Below are positions 35,214 to 44,499 of a stretch of DNA of 64,000 bases, in pieces. The DNA lies in contig JAJDXO010000022.1 of NCBI GenBank assembly GCA_022823235.1, positions 61,955 through 125,954 on the forward strand. Direction: 5' to 3'. The stretch comes from Rhodospirillales bacterium. Its GTDB lineage: Bacteria > Pseudomonadota > Alphaproteobacteria > Rhodospirillales > UBA2165. Numbering within the stretch: position 1 is the stretch's first letter; the number at the start of each line of letters is the position of its first letter. The notes under the pieces are model-generated. The model was not told the DNA's origin, searched no databases, and saw only the letters and a list, made by a program, of their open reading frames with translations. A program made the position numbers and the translations under genes.

Positions 35214-37550
35214 ATGAATCAACTGATTCTTTTCCTCGATTTCCTGTGGAATTCGTTTCTACTGTTGGGACCGATGCTGTTGCTCGGCCTTTTCCTGGCC
35301 GGGTTGATCCATGTTTTCATCTCGCGGGATGCCGTCTTGCGGTGGCTGCGCCGGGACAGTCTCAAATCCGTCTCCTCCAGCGCGGCGATCGGCGTGCCGA
35401 TGCCGCTTTGCAGTTGTTCCGTGGTTCCGGTGGTGGCGGAAATGCGGCGCAAGGGGGCGTCGCGCTCGGCATGCATGTCGTTCCTGATCACGGCGCCCGA
35501 GACCGGTGCCGATTCGATCCTGGTCACCAACGCCTTTTTCGGGCCGGTGGCTGCCGTGGTCCGGCCGGTCATCAGTTTCATCACCGGCGTGATGGCCGGG
35601 ATCTTCTGCATCGGGATGATCCGGGACGGCGATGCGGTCGAACCCGAGCCCGTCGCCGACGGTCACGGCCACGATCATCACGGCCACGATCATCACGATC
35701 ACGATCATGGCCATGACCACAGCCACAAAACGCTGATACCGGGCGACGACGACTGCTACATCAGCCCGGCCACCCTCAGGGCGTTTTTCGTCACATGGCT
35801 CAGCCGCCTCAACCAGGGCATCGGCCAGGCGCGGTCCATGACGTGGATCAAGCCGGATTTCTACCGCGAGTTTCTCTCCATTCCCGAACCCGCGGCGGCG
35901 CCGGAGGACGATGACGGACGGGACCTCAGCGGCCTCTCCTTCACCACCGTCTGCAAGCACATCCTGCGCTACGGCTTCGTCGAGGTGGCCGACGACATCC
36001 TGTTCGCCCTGCTGGTCGGCGTGATCCTGGGCGGGGTGATCTTCCTCGCCATTCCCGACAACCTCATGGCCCACGAGTACGCCCGCTGGCTGGCCTATCC
36101 CGTCATGGTGCTGGTGGGGGTTCCGCTCTACATCTGCGCCTCGGCGAGTACGCCGATCGCCGCGGCTCTCGTCGCCAAGGGATTCAGCCCGGGGGCGGCG
36201 CTCGTGTTCCTGATGACGGGGCCCGCAACCAATACCGGGACGATCGCGATCATCGCCAGCCAGTTCGGCGCGCGATTCGCTTCGGTCTATGTCGGCTCGG
36301 TCATCGTCGTGACGGTGGCTCTCGGCATCGCCGTCGATCTCCTGATGCTCGCCTTCGGCCTGTCGCTCGCGGTCAATCTCGACGCGTCGGACTCGCCGGC
36401 GCTGGCGGCGATCCAGTGGACCGGCGCGCTCGGCCTCTTCGCGCTCATGTTCTGGCGCTTCCGCGCGGGGGCGCTGAAGAGCGGCTACCAGGACCTGCTC
36501 ATGAACCTCCGGCCGCTATCGGGGCCGACGAAGGGATGGTGGGCGCGCATGACCGGCGATGCGCCGCTGAAGGGTTTGCTGCGCCCCCTTACGCCCGCCG
36601 GGGCGACCGTCTGGCTGTTCGTCGCCGCCGCGTTTCTATTGAGCGGCTTCACGGTCGTACGGCCGGGCGAGGTTGGCTACGGGCGCCTGTTCGGCGCGGT
36701 GGCATGGCGGGACCTGCCGCCGGGCCTTCACTATCTTGCGCCCTGGCCGTTCGCGCGGGCGGACAAATGGCCGGTCCGGGAGGTGAAGTCCGTGACCAGC
36801 GGCACGACGGGCGAGTATCTCACCGGCGACATCAACCTGATGTCGATGTCGCTGAACGTGCAGTACCGGGTCAGCGACCCCTACGTCTATCACTACCGGG
36901 TGGCGAACCCGGAGCAGGCCATCGGCAACAATATCCGCAAGGAGTTGCGCAAGTTCGTCGCGGGGCGCACGCTGGACAACCTGCTGAACGTCGAACGCGC
37001 GCTGCTTCAGAATCACATCGAGGAGGTATTCGAGAATCGCCTCCCGGGCGGGGACAGCGCGCTGCTCGACGCCATCGATCTGGTGAAGGTGAACCTGCTC
37101 TCCGTAAGTCCCGTCGGCGGCGCGATGGGCGCGTTCCGGGAGGTTTCGAGCTCCCAGGACGACAGGGAGCGCATCATCGTCAACGCGCAGCGCCTTACGG
37201 TGTCGCTGATCCCCCGCGCGCACGGCAATGCGGAGTACGAAGTCCAGCAGGCCAAAGGCGAAGCGGCGCGGCGCGTCATCACCTCCGCGGCCGAAAGCGA
37301 CGCCATCCGCATGGTCGCCGGCGCCGTCCGGGAATCGCCGGAAGTCCTTCACAACATGCTGTGGCGCGAAAAGCTGGAAACGTCGCTCTCGGGCCGCAGC
37401 AAGATCATCGTCCCGAATCAGGACACGCTGAACAGGGTAGCGCTGTGGAAGAGGTCGCTCGGCGCCGCCGCCGGACCGCAACCCGGCCATTCCGCCCATT
37501 CGGGCGGCGACAAGCACGCGGCCGGAGCCGCCGGAGGCAGCCATGACTAG
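35214..37550 (+). CDS. fusion protein: PF03773-type CxC permease (putative thiophilic-metal transporter) with a poly-His/Asp loop, plus a C-terminal membrane-anchored SPFH/band-7 (HflK-like) domain
   Basis: The N-terminal half has the family motif GVPMPLCSCSVVP..FLITAPETGADS and a second permease half (VGVPLYICASASTPIAAAL..LMTGPATNT). The loop reads GHGHDHHGHDHHDHDHGHDHSH. After an extra TM (ATVWLFVAAAFLLSGFTVV) comes an SPFH domain (VRPGEVGYGRLFG..PGLHYLAPWPF..NVQYRVSDPYVY). It is one uninterrupted 778-codon frame. Confidence 0.8.
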   Translation: MNQLILFLDFLWNSFLLLGPMLLLGLFLAGLIHVFISRDAVLRWLRRDSLKSVSSSAAIGVPMPLCSCSVVPVVAEMRRKGASRSACMSFLITAPETGADSILVTNAFFGPVAAVVRPVISFITGVMAGIFCIGMIRDGDAVEPEPVADGHGHDHHGHDHHDHDHGHDHSHKTLIPGDDDCYISPATLRAFFVTWLSRLNQGIGQARSMTWIKPDFYREFLSIPEPAAAPEDDDGRDLSGLSFTTVCKHILRYGFVEVADDILFALLVGVILGGVIFLAIPDNLMAHEYARWLAYPVMVLVGVPLYICASASTPIAAALVAKGFSPGAALVFLMTGPATNTGTIAIIASQFGARFASVYVGSVIVVTVALGIAVDLLMLAFGLSLAVNLDASDSPALAAIQWTGALGLFALMFWRFRAGALKSGYQDLLMNLRPLSGPTKGWWARMTGDAPLKGLLRPLTPAGATVWLFVAAAFLLSGFTVVRPGEVGYGRLFGAVAWRDLPPGLHYLAPWPFARADKWPVREVKSVTSGTTGEYLTGDINLMSMSLNVQYRVSDPYVYHYRVANPEQAIGNNIRKELRKFVAGRTLDNLLNVERALLQNHIEEVFENRLPGGDSALLDAIDLVKVNLLSVSPVGGAMGAFREVSSSQDDRERIIVNAQRLTVSLIPRAHGNAEYEVQQAKGEAARRVITSAAESDAIRMVAGAVRESPEVLHNMLWREKLETSLSGRSKIIVPNQDTLNRVALWKRSLGAAAGPQPGHSAHSGGDKHAAGAAGGSHD

Positions 37551-38460
37551 ACGCAGGACTATATGGACCACGCTCGCGGTCGTATTCGCGGCCGTCGTCG
37601 CGTGGGACGTCCACTACGTGATCGATGAGTCCGAACAGGGCGTCCTGACCAATTTCGGCAAAATCGTGCCGCCGGTGAAGCAACCCGGGCTGCACTTCAA
37701 GCTGCCGACGCCCATCTCGGTCGTCTACAAGGTGGACCGGCGGGTGCGGCCGCTGATGAACCTGAAGCAGGAGCTGATCACCGAGGACCAGAAGAACGTT
37801 CTGGTGGACGGCTACCTGCTGTGGCGCATCTCGGATCCCATCCGCTACGTCGAGGCAATCCGCACCGAAGCCAACGCGGTGAAGCGGCTGGGCGATCTGT
37901 ACAGGGCGAGCGTCGGCATCGTGGTCAGCAACAAGTCGAGGGACGCCTTCGTAAGCCTCGGGCTCCAGCACCAGGACATCACCAAGGCGTCCGGCGAAAT
38001 CCTCGATCAGATCAAACCCGTCGCGGCGGAGGATTACGGGATCGAGGTCGTCAGGGCGGGTCTGGTCGAATACACCCTGCCCGCGGCGAACCGCCCCAGT
38101 GTAATCCAGCGGATGATCTCCGAACGCGCCCGTATCGCCGCCCGCTACCGCAGCGAGGGCGAGGAGCGGGCGATAGGCATCGAGGCGTTCGCCATCAACG
38201 AGCACGAAAAGATCATGGCGACGGCCCACGCCGAAGCCACCGCCATCCTGGGCAAGGCGGAAGCCGATGCGCTGGAGACGCTGGCCGCCGCGTACCGCGA
38301 CGACCCGGAGTTCTACAAGTTCATCCGGGCGCTCGACAGCTACGACACGATCATCGACAAGAACACCACGCTGATGCTGCCGGCCGACAACGAGCTGTTC
38401 AAGTATCTGGACGGCAAGGAGATTCCGAAGCCGCCGGCGCCGACGCAGGCGCAGGAATAG
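37543..38460 (+). CDS. SPFH/band-7 domain protein, HflC-like
   Basis: N-terminal TM followed by IDESEQGVLTNFGKIV..PGLHFKLP..LLWRISDPIRYV and a C-terminal coiled-coil region. It overlaps the upstream gene by 8 nt. Confidence 0.85.
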   Translation: MTRRRTIWTTLAVVFAAVVAWDVHYVIDESEQGVLTNFGKIVPPVKQPGLHFKLPTPISVVYKVDRRVRPLMNLKQELITEDQKNVLVDGYLLWRISDPIRYVEAIRTEANAVKRLGDLYRASVGIVVSNKSRDAFVSLGLQHQDITKASGEILDQIKPVAAEDYGIEVVRAGLVEYTLPAANRPSVIQRMISERARIAARYRSEGEERAIGIEAFAINEHEKIMATAHAEATAILGKAEADALETLAAAYRDDPEFYKFIRALDSYDTIIDKNTTLMLPADNELFKYLDGKEIPKPPAPTQAQE

Positions 38461-38470
38461 GGAGCGAGCC

Positions 38471-39934
38471 ATGGCGGACGCTCCCGAAGCGCCGGCGCCC
38501 AGCACGCGCATCATCCACGCGGTTTTCGACTATATGCGCGACCGCTCGACGGTTCTGATCGCCGCGCTCGCGGCGGTCGTCGTGCTGACGTTCCTGGCGG
38601 ACGGCGTTTACGTGGTAAAGAAGGAAGAGCAAGCGGTGCTGACGCGCTTCGGCAAGGTGGTCGATCCGAAAATCCTGCCCGGCATCCACTACGCTTTTCC
38701 GTATGTCGAACGGGCCCATGTGCGCAAGGTCACGCGCATCACGCGGCGCGACGTGGCTACCCGCGACGGGACGGGCAAGGTCTCGTTCTCAATTCTCTCC
38801 GGCGATGTAAACCTGTTCGAAGCGGACGTGGCGCTGCAATACAGGATCGGAAACCTGAAGAACTTCCTTTACGCCACCGCTGATCCGGAGGCCGTTCTGA
38901 CGCTCCTGGTGCGCGAACGCCTGATCGAGATCATGGGAAAGCACTTCATCGATCTCATTTTCACCACCAACCGGGAGATCATCCAGACGCTCCTGTTCGA
39001 GGACACGTCCGCCTATCTGAAGGACCACGATATCGGCATCGAATTGCTGGCGCTCAACATCGTGGATGTGCGTCCCATCGAGGAAACCGTCGCCGCGTTC
39101 AGGGACGTGAGCGACGCGATCGCCGAAGGCATTCAATCCGTCAGCGACGCCAACCGCCGGATGGAAAAACTTCTGGCCCGCAGCCGGGGCCAGGCGGAGG
39201 CGGTCGTCATGAACGCCAAGGCAAGGGCGCGCGAACGCCGGCTTCAAGCCGAGAGCAGCGCCAAGATCTTCGCCGACCTGCTGGTGGTCTACCGGAGCCA
39301 GCCGTCCTCGGTCACGGTGACGCGGTATTGGCAGCGCATGCGAAACATTTTCCGTGAAGCCACGCTGTCGACGGTCAATCCGGGCGACGCCTCTTCCATA
39401 GACGTCAACATGGTCGAAGGCTTCGTGCCCGGCGTGGGCCGCGCACCCGTCGCCGCGTCCACGGCCGCGCCGGGGACGCAGAACCTCGCCGGCGCGAGAC
39501 GCACCCTGTCCACGGTCAGCGAAGGGAGCGGCCACGGCCTCGAGAACGTCGATTCCGACCGCTTCCTGATGGACGGGCGCTTCCATGCAACCCGCGGAGA
39601 GCGCCACCACCTGAGCACGGCCAAGCTGCGTTCCCTGATTTTCGACGATCTGTCCATCTTCAGTCACCGCCACGTCGCGCCGACCGGCGTCGCAACGGCC
39701 GCGGAGCGGAACGAGAAACCGCTGGTCGAGCGGACGACCGTGATCCCGGACGAAGGGGACGAGAGCGGGCCGGCGCAACCCGGGCATGTGAAGCGGGCCA
39801 AGGAGAAATCGGAAAAGGCGACGAAAACGCAATCGGCGAAAGGGACGAAGGCGAAGCACGAGAAACCGGGGAAGGCGGGGAACGAGGAGAGCGCGGCGGC
39901 GAAACCGGGTATGACGGATGCGAGCGCCAAGTAG
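38471..39934 (+). CDS. SPFH/band-7 domain protein, HflK-like, with a long C-terminal extension ending in a Lys-rich tail
   Basis: TM followed by VVKKEEQAVLTRFGKVV..PGIHYAFPYVE..ALQYRIGNLKNFLY. The C-terminal tail reads KRAKEKSEKATKTQSAKGTKAKHEKPGKAGNEE. Confidence 0.85.
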   Translation: MADAPEAPAPSTRIIHAVFDYMRDRSTVLIAALAAVVVLTFLADGVYVVKKEEQAVLTRFGKVVDPKILPGIHYAFPYVERAHVRKVTRITRRDVATRDGTGKVSFSILSGDVNLFEADVALQYRIGNLKNFLYATADPEAVLTLLVRERLIEIMGKHFIDLIFTTNREIIQTLLFEDTSAYLKDHDIGIELLALNIVDVRPIEETVAAFRDVSDAIAEGIQSVSDANRRMEKLLARSRGQAEAVVMNAKARARERRLQAESSAKIFADLLVVYRSQPSSVTVTRYWQRMRNIFREATLSTVNPGDASSIDVNMVEGFVPGVGRAPVAASTAAPGTQNLAGARRTLSTVSEGSGHGLENVDSDRFLMDGRFHATRGERHHLSTAKLRSLIFDDLSIFSHRHVAPTGVATAAERNEKPLVERTTVIPDEGDESGPAQPGHVKRAKEKSEKATKTQSAKGTKAKHEKPGKAGNEESAAAKPGMTDASAK

Positions 39935-41105
39935 TTCCATCTCGACGTTCGCTCTCGTCTTTTTCGTATGCTCCGCGAGTTGGGCCCAAGCGAATTCGAA
40001 CCAGCCCGGCGTCACCGCGGACGCGGTCGTTTTCGGCCAGATTGCCTGTTTCTCGGGCTTTTGCGGGCAATCTGGCCTGCAATATCGCGGGGGTATCCTG
40101 GCCGCCTTCCACGAGCGCAATCGGGAGGGCGGCGTACGGGGACGGACGCTCGGTCTCCGATCGGTGGACGATGGCTACGAACCGGAGACCGCCGCGGCCA
40201 ACGCGGAGAAGTTGGTCGCTTCCAACGAGGTTTTCGCCGTTATCGGCGGCATCGGCACGCCGACGGCGAGACGCATTGCGCCCATACTTCGCCAGGCGAA
40301 AACGCCTTTCGTGGGCATTCTGACGGGCGCCGATTTCCTGCGCGACGCCGACCGGTTCCCGAACGTGGTGAATCTGCGGACCGGGTACGAGGAGGAAACG
40401 CGGCAACTGGTTTTCTACATGGCCGGCGAATTGGGAGCGAAACGCTTCGGCATCATCTACCAGGAAGATTCGTTCGGACGTTCCGTGCTCAGAAGCTACC
40501 GGACCGCGCTCGCGGAACGCGGCCTGCCGGTACTCGCCAAGTCGACATATTCGCGGCACACCCACGGCATTCATGGAGCCGTGTTCAACATGGAACGGGC
40601 GGACCTGGACGCGGTGATGCTGGCCACGACCACGGGTGTCGCCGGCGACGCCATCAATGCGGCGCGGGTGCTCGGCCAAAAGTGGGTCGCGGCGCTCTTG
40701 TCCACCGTCAGCGTGAAGCGTCTGCGGGCCGCGGTCGAGAGCACCGCGGAGCCCGCCCTCATATCCAGGGTTCTCCCCGACGTCGAGGATGAAAGCATCG
40801 CATTGGTCCGGCGATTCCGTTCCGCACTTGCCGAGTACAGGAAGACCGGGTCGGAGGCCGCCCGCCTCGTGCCGGACAAGTTCTGTCTCGAAGGCTACAT
40901 TCTGGGACGTTTCGTCGTCGAGGTGCTCGCACGCCTTCCGAACGAACCGACCCGGAAAGAGTTTCTGACGGCCGCGCTGAGCGCGAATCCCGTCTTTATC
41001 GACGATTGGAGAATTTCCTTCGAGCCCGGCGGCAACGCCGGATCGACATATGTAAGGCTCATCAATTCCGGGGGCAGACCCCCTGAAAAGGTAATCGGAC
41101 AGTGA
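39918..41105 (+). CDS. periplasmic binding protein, type I fold (LivK/receptor-ligand-binding family), with no cognate ABC genes in the operon
   Basis: It has a signal peptide (FALVFFVCSASWAQA) and the sequence VVFGQIACFSG..GVRGRTL..DDGYEP..FAVIGGIGTPT. It overlaps the upstream gene by 17 nt. Confidence 0.75.
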   Translation: MRAPSSSISTFALVFFVCSASWAQANSNQPGVTADAVVFGQIACFSGFCGQSGLQYRGGILAAFHERNREGGVRGRTLGLRSVDDGYEPETAAANAEKLVASNEVFAVIGGIGTPTARRIAPILRQAKTPFVGILTGADFLRDADRFPNVVNLRTGYEEETRQLVFYMAGELGAKRFGIIYQEDSFGRSVLRSYRTALAERGLPVLAKSTYSRHTHGIHGAVFNMERADLDAVMLATTTGVAGDAINAARVLGQKWVAALLSTVSVKRLRAAVESTAEPALISRVLPDVEDESIALVRRFRSALAEYRKTGSEAARLVPDKFCLEGYILGRFVVEVLARLPNEPTRKEFLTAALSANPVFIDDWRISFEPGGNAGSTYVRLINSGGRPPEKVIGQ

Positions 41106-41593
41106 AGAAGATCGATGAATTCGAACGGGAAGAAACCAGCGAGGAATGGCTGCGGGAGGGCTACAAGGTCGTGTCCATGCGCCGGAACATCATGTTCCGG
41201 ATGCTCCTCGAATCGACACGACTGCTGTTGTTCGGCAATGCCGGCGGCACCGCGCTCATCATCGGCTTCATGAGCACTGCCGTGACCGGCGGGGACGAAG
41301 GGGTGTTTCACTGGTTCGCACTGGCGACCGTGCTGGTGTTCGGCGTGGGCATTCTGACCTCCGCGCTGACCATGTTCCTGGTCACCATCGTCTCCGTCAG
41401 GGAGGCGCACGGAAGCGAGACCGCCCTCAAGCGCTTCACCGACGGCGAGGGCGACCGGTCCGAGGTCATGTTCAATGTCGAGGGCCGCACCTGGCGCACC
41501 GCCGACTGGGCCACCCTGACCGGCATCGTCAGCGCCGCCTGCTTCATCCTCGGCGGCATGGCCGGGATTGCCTTGCTGGTGGTCTTCTTCTGA
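41102..41593 (+). CDS. small integral membrane protein (163 aa, 3-4 TM), unknown family
   Basis: It overlaps the upstream stop by 4 nt (ATGA-type coupling). Hydrophobic segments were seen in the translation. Confidence 0.6.
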   Translation: MKKIDEFEREETSEEWLREGYKVVSMRRNIMFRMLLESTRLLLFGNAGGTALIIGFMSTAVTGGDEGVFHWFALATVLVFGVGILTSALTMFLVTIVSVREAHGSETALKRFTDGEGDRSEVMFNVEGRTWRTADWATLTGIVSAACFILGGMAGIALLVVFF

Positions 41594-41624
41594 GAACGAT
41601 GCGGCAGTCGGCGCTCGCGGAGGG

Positions 41625-42428
41625 TTAGCCGTCCTCGCGGGATGGTCCCCGAACCGGGATCAGCAGGCTGGCGGCGAAGATTCCGCTCGCCACCAGCACG
41701 ATCGCCGGCCCCGCGGGAATGTCCCAGAGGAGCGAGACGAACAGACCGGCGGCGACCGAAGCGATTCCGATCGCCGTCGACGCCACCGCCATCTGCTCGG
41801 GCGTCGCCGCCATGCGGCGCGCCGCGGCGGCGGGGACGATGACCAGCGCCACGACCAGCAGCATGCCGACGATCTTCATTCCGACCGCGATAACCCCGGC
41901 GAGCAGGAACAGGAACAAGAAACGAATCCGCTCTACCGGCACGCCCTCCGCCGCCGCGAGATCCTGGTTGAGGGTAACGGCGAGAAGGTTGCTCCATTGC
42001 CAGGCAAGCGCCGCCGTAACCACGGCCGCGGTGCCGAAGATCAGCCAGAGATCGACGACACCGACCGACAGAATATCGCCGAACAGATAACCGATCAGAT
42101 CGACTCGCACCCGTTCCATGAACGCGACGACGACCAGCCCGGCCGCGAACACCGCATGCGCCAGAACCCCGAGCAGGGCGTCGACGGAAATGACCCGCTG
42201 GCGCTCCAGCAGGAGGAGACAGACCGCGAGCAGGAGGCATATGGCGAAGACCGCGACGATCGGCTCGATCTGGAGCAGGAATCCGAGCGCGACCCCGAGC
42301 AGCACCGCATGCGCGAGCGCGGTGCCGAAATACGCCATGCGCCGCCACACCACGAAACACCCGACCGGTCCGGCGGCGAGCGCCGCCCCGATCCCGCCGC
42401 CAAGGGCGCGCAGGACGAAATCCTCCAT
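41625..42428 (-). CDS. znuB: zinc ABC transporter permease ZnuB
   Basis: Start at MEDFVLRALGGGIGAALAAGPVGCFVVWRRMAYFG, overlapping the znuC stop (TGATG). The membrane protein is ZnuB/TroCD-family-like. Confidence 0.85.
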   Translation of the reverse strand: MEDFVLRALGGGIGAALAAGPVGCFVVWRRMAYFGTALAHAVLLGVALGFLLQIEPIVAVFAICLLLAVCLLLLERQRVISVDALLGVLAHAVFAAGLVVVAFMERVRVDLIGYLFGDILSVGVVDLWLIFGTAAVVTAALAWQWSNLLAVTLNQDLAAAEGVPVERIRFLFLFLLAGVIAVGMKIVGMLLVVALVIVPAAAARRMAATPEQMAVASTAIGIASVAAGLFVSLLWDIPAGPAIVLVASGIFAASLLIPVRGPSREDG

Positions 42429-43243
42429 CACCGATGCCGGCCGGCCGGCCGTGCCTGCTCCGGTGGGTCCGCCTCGATCGAGAGCGGCTCGCCCAGCGCG
42501 TCGTGACGATGGTCGTGGGCATGCTGATACACGGCGAACGTCTCCGACAAATGCTGTCCGAACAGGGAGATGAACTCGGGGTGCCGCAGAACCGCCTGCG
42601 GCCGCCCGGTGCAGCACACATGCCGGTTGAGGCAGACCACGGTGTCGGTCGCGGCCATCACCAGGTGAAGATCGTGCGAGACCAGGAGAACCCCGAAGCC
42701 GCGCCGGTCACGGATATCGGCGATGAGCCGGTAGAGGTCGCTTTGGCTGGTGACGTCCACCCCCGCCAGCGGCTCGTCGAGCACCAGGAGTTGGGGCTCG
42801 CGCAGCAACGCCCGCGCCAGCAGCACGCGCTGCATCTCCCCGCCGGAAATCTCGGCCAGGGGATGGCCCAGGATGGGATCGCCGCCGACCTCGTCGAGCA
42901 CGCGTTGGAGCGCTTTGCGGGGGGCGGGTGAGCCGAGCGTCATGAAACGTTCCACCGTGATCGGCATAACGGGATCGCGCTGCATGTGCTGCGGCACGTA
43001 GCCGACGCGCAGGCCGGGGCTCTGCAGCACCTCACCGCTATCGGGTTCCAGGATGCCCAGGATCACGCGGATGAGCGTCGACTTGCCGGCGCCGTTCAGC
43101 CCAATCAGGGTGACGATTTCCCCGGCGCGGACAGCGATATCCACGGCGTCGAGCACGCTCCGCCGGCCGAAGCGCAGGCTAACGCCGCGCGCCTCGACGA
43201 GGGGGGCGGCCTCGGACGGATCGCGGGAGGGTGCACCTGTCAT
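42428..43243 (-). CDS. znuC: zinc ABC transporter ATP-binding protein ZnuC
   Basis: Motifs GLNGAGKSTL, ISGGEMQRVLLARAL and LVLDEP, plus a His-rich C-terminus (YQHAHDHRHD). The start is uncertain: ATG at 43243 or 43264, or TTG at 43294. Confidence 0.85.
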   Translation of the reverse strand: MTGAPSRDPSEAAPLVEARGVSLRFGRRSVLDAVDIAVRAGEIVTLIGLNGAGKSTLIRVILGILEPDSGEVLQSPGLRVGYVPQHMQRDPVMPITVERFMTLGSPAPRKALQRVLDEVGGDPILGHPLAEISGGEMQRVLLARALLREPQLLVLDEPLAGVDVTSQSDLYRLIADIRDRRGFGVLLVSHDLHLVMAATDTVVCLNRHVCCTGRPQAVLRHPEFISLFGQHLSETFAVYQHAHDHRHDALGEPLSIEADPPEQARPAGRHR

Positions 43244-43306
43244 TCGGGAACCTGCCGTGACCATGCCCTTTGCGGCGGGACGTGCGCGCGGCAATCGGGG
43301 CGCCGG

Positions 43307-44260
43307 TCAATTCCTGCCGAGACAGCCTGCCATCGAGTCGCTCAGGCCGCGCATGATCTCCATCCAGGCGTCCGGACCGGGCTTCGTGTCGGCGCCGATC
43401 GGGTCGAGTACCGCGGTCCCCACGTCGCTGCCCTCGATCACCGTGCGGACCAGATCGGGCTCGAACTGCGGTTCGGTGAACACGCAGCGGATCTTGTGCT
43501 CGGCGAGCGCGGCGCGCAGCTCGACGAGCCGCTTGGCGCTCGGCGCCCGCGCCGGGTCGACCGCGACCGCGCCCTTGCTGTTCAATCCGTAGGCGCGCTC
43601 GAAATACTGGTAGGCGTCGTGAAACACCACGAAGGCGTGTCCGCGTACCGGCGTCAGGCGGGCCTGAAGGGAGGCGTGCAGGTCGACAATCCGCTTGCGC
43701 GTCGCCGCGGCATTGGCGCGCCAGATCGCGGAGCGGGCGGGGTCGAGAAATGTCAGCGCCGCCGCGACCTCATCGACGATCCGGCCGGCATTGGCGGGAT
43801 CGAGCCAGATATGCATGTTGAACTCGCCATGCTCATGACCGTGGTCTTCGTGCTCGTCGACATGGGGCTCCTCGTCATGGTGGTCCTCTTCCCATATCCC
43901 CCCTTCGCGGTTGCGCAGCAGGCGTATTCCGGGCACCTCGTGCAGGGTCACGACCCTGGACCGGGCGCCGAGATTCTCGACCGCACGATGGAGGAAGGTC
44001 TCCATCGCCTCGCCGACCCACACGATCAGATCGGCCTCGGTGAGAGCCCGGGCATCGGACGGGCGCATCTGATAGGTGTGGGGCGATGCGCTGCCCTTGA
44101 GCAGAAGCCGGGGTTTTCCGGCGTCGCCCATCACCCCGGCGACGAGGGAATGGATCGGCTTGAGGCTGACCACGACATCAGGGGTCTGCGCGCTCAGCCC
44201 ATGCGGTGCCAGCGGCACGCACAGCGCAGCGAAAATCAGTGTCTTGCGGATGAAGTCCAC
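43307..44260 (-). CDS. znuA: periplasmic zinc-binding protein ZnuA
   Basis: The GTG start at 44260 has a perfect AGGAGG 6 nt upstream, followed by a signal peptide. The acidic/His-rich loop EEDHHDEEPHVDEHEDHGHEHGE is typical of ZnuA. Cluster-9 binding-protein motifs are present (SPHTYQMRPSD, HDAYQYFE). Confidence 0.9.
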   Translation of the reverse strand: MDFIRKTLIFAALCVPLAPHGLSAQTPDVVVSLKPIHSLVAGVMGDAGKPRLLLKGSASPHTYQMRPSDARALTEADLIVWVGEAMETFLHRAVENLGARSRVVTLHEVPGIRLLRNREGGIWEEDHHDEEPHVDEHEDHGHEHGEFNMHIWLDPANAGRIVDEVAAALTFLDPARSAIWRANAAATRKRIVDLHASLQARLTPVRGHAFVVFHDAYQYFERAYGLNSKGAVAVDPARAPSAKRLVELRAALAEHKIRCVFTEPQFEPDLVRTVIEGSDVGTAVLDPIGADTKPGPDAWMEIMRGLSDSMAGCLGRN

Positions 44261-44333
44261 GTCCGTCCTCCTTGGATGTCCGGCGCCGCGCGTTCCAACT
44301 ATCGGATGTCGGAACCAGCGGCGCCATGATTTC

Positions 44334-44355
44334 AATATAACGTTATACTATAATT
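44334..44355. promoter_or_regulatory. candidate Zur operator: overlapping AT-rich palindromes TATAACGTTATA and TTATAcTATAA
   Basis: Located in the znuA/pit divergent intergenic region. It resembles GTTATA-N-TATAAC Fur-family (Zur) boxes and overlaps -10-like hexamers on both strands (TATAAT on plus). zur is encoded 2.3 kb away. Confidence 0.55.
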
Positions 44356-44499
44356 GTCGTTCTCAATACCAATTGGTTTTGCCGGTTCCCGCGCGCGCAG
44401 GACGGCCTGGAAGCCTTACCGCGTTCCCCGGTGCGTCACGATTCGATTCGTAGGCAGGGCGCCGACGAGTGGTTACGGGAACGCTCCAACTAACGGCCA

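Noticed and set aside
35259-44329. A series of long opposite-strand or alternate-frame ORFs across the SPFH and znu region. Examples: 35259-36074, 36416-37546, 36636-37571, 37405-38514, 38789-40120, 39660-40679, 41308-42621, 41568-42506, 42986-44329.
   Set aside because: Each one overlaps a gene with clear family motifs on the other strand or frame. Their translations are Arg/Gly/Pro/Asp-rich and lack start-site support.
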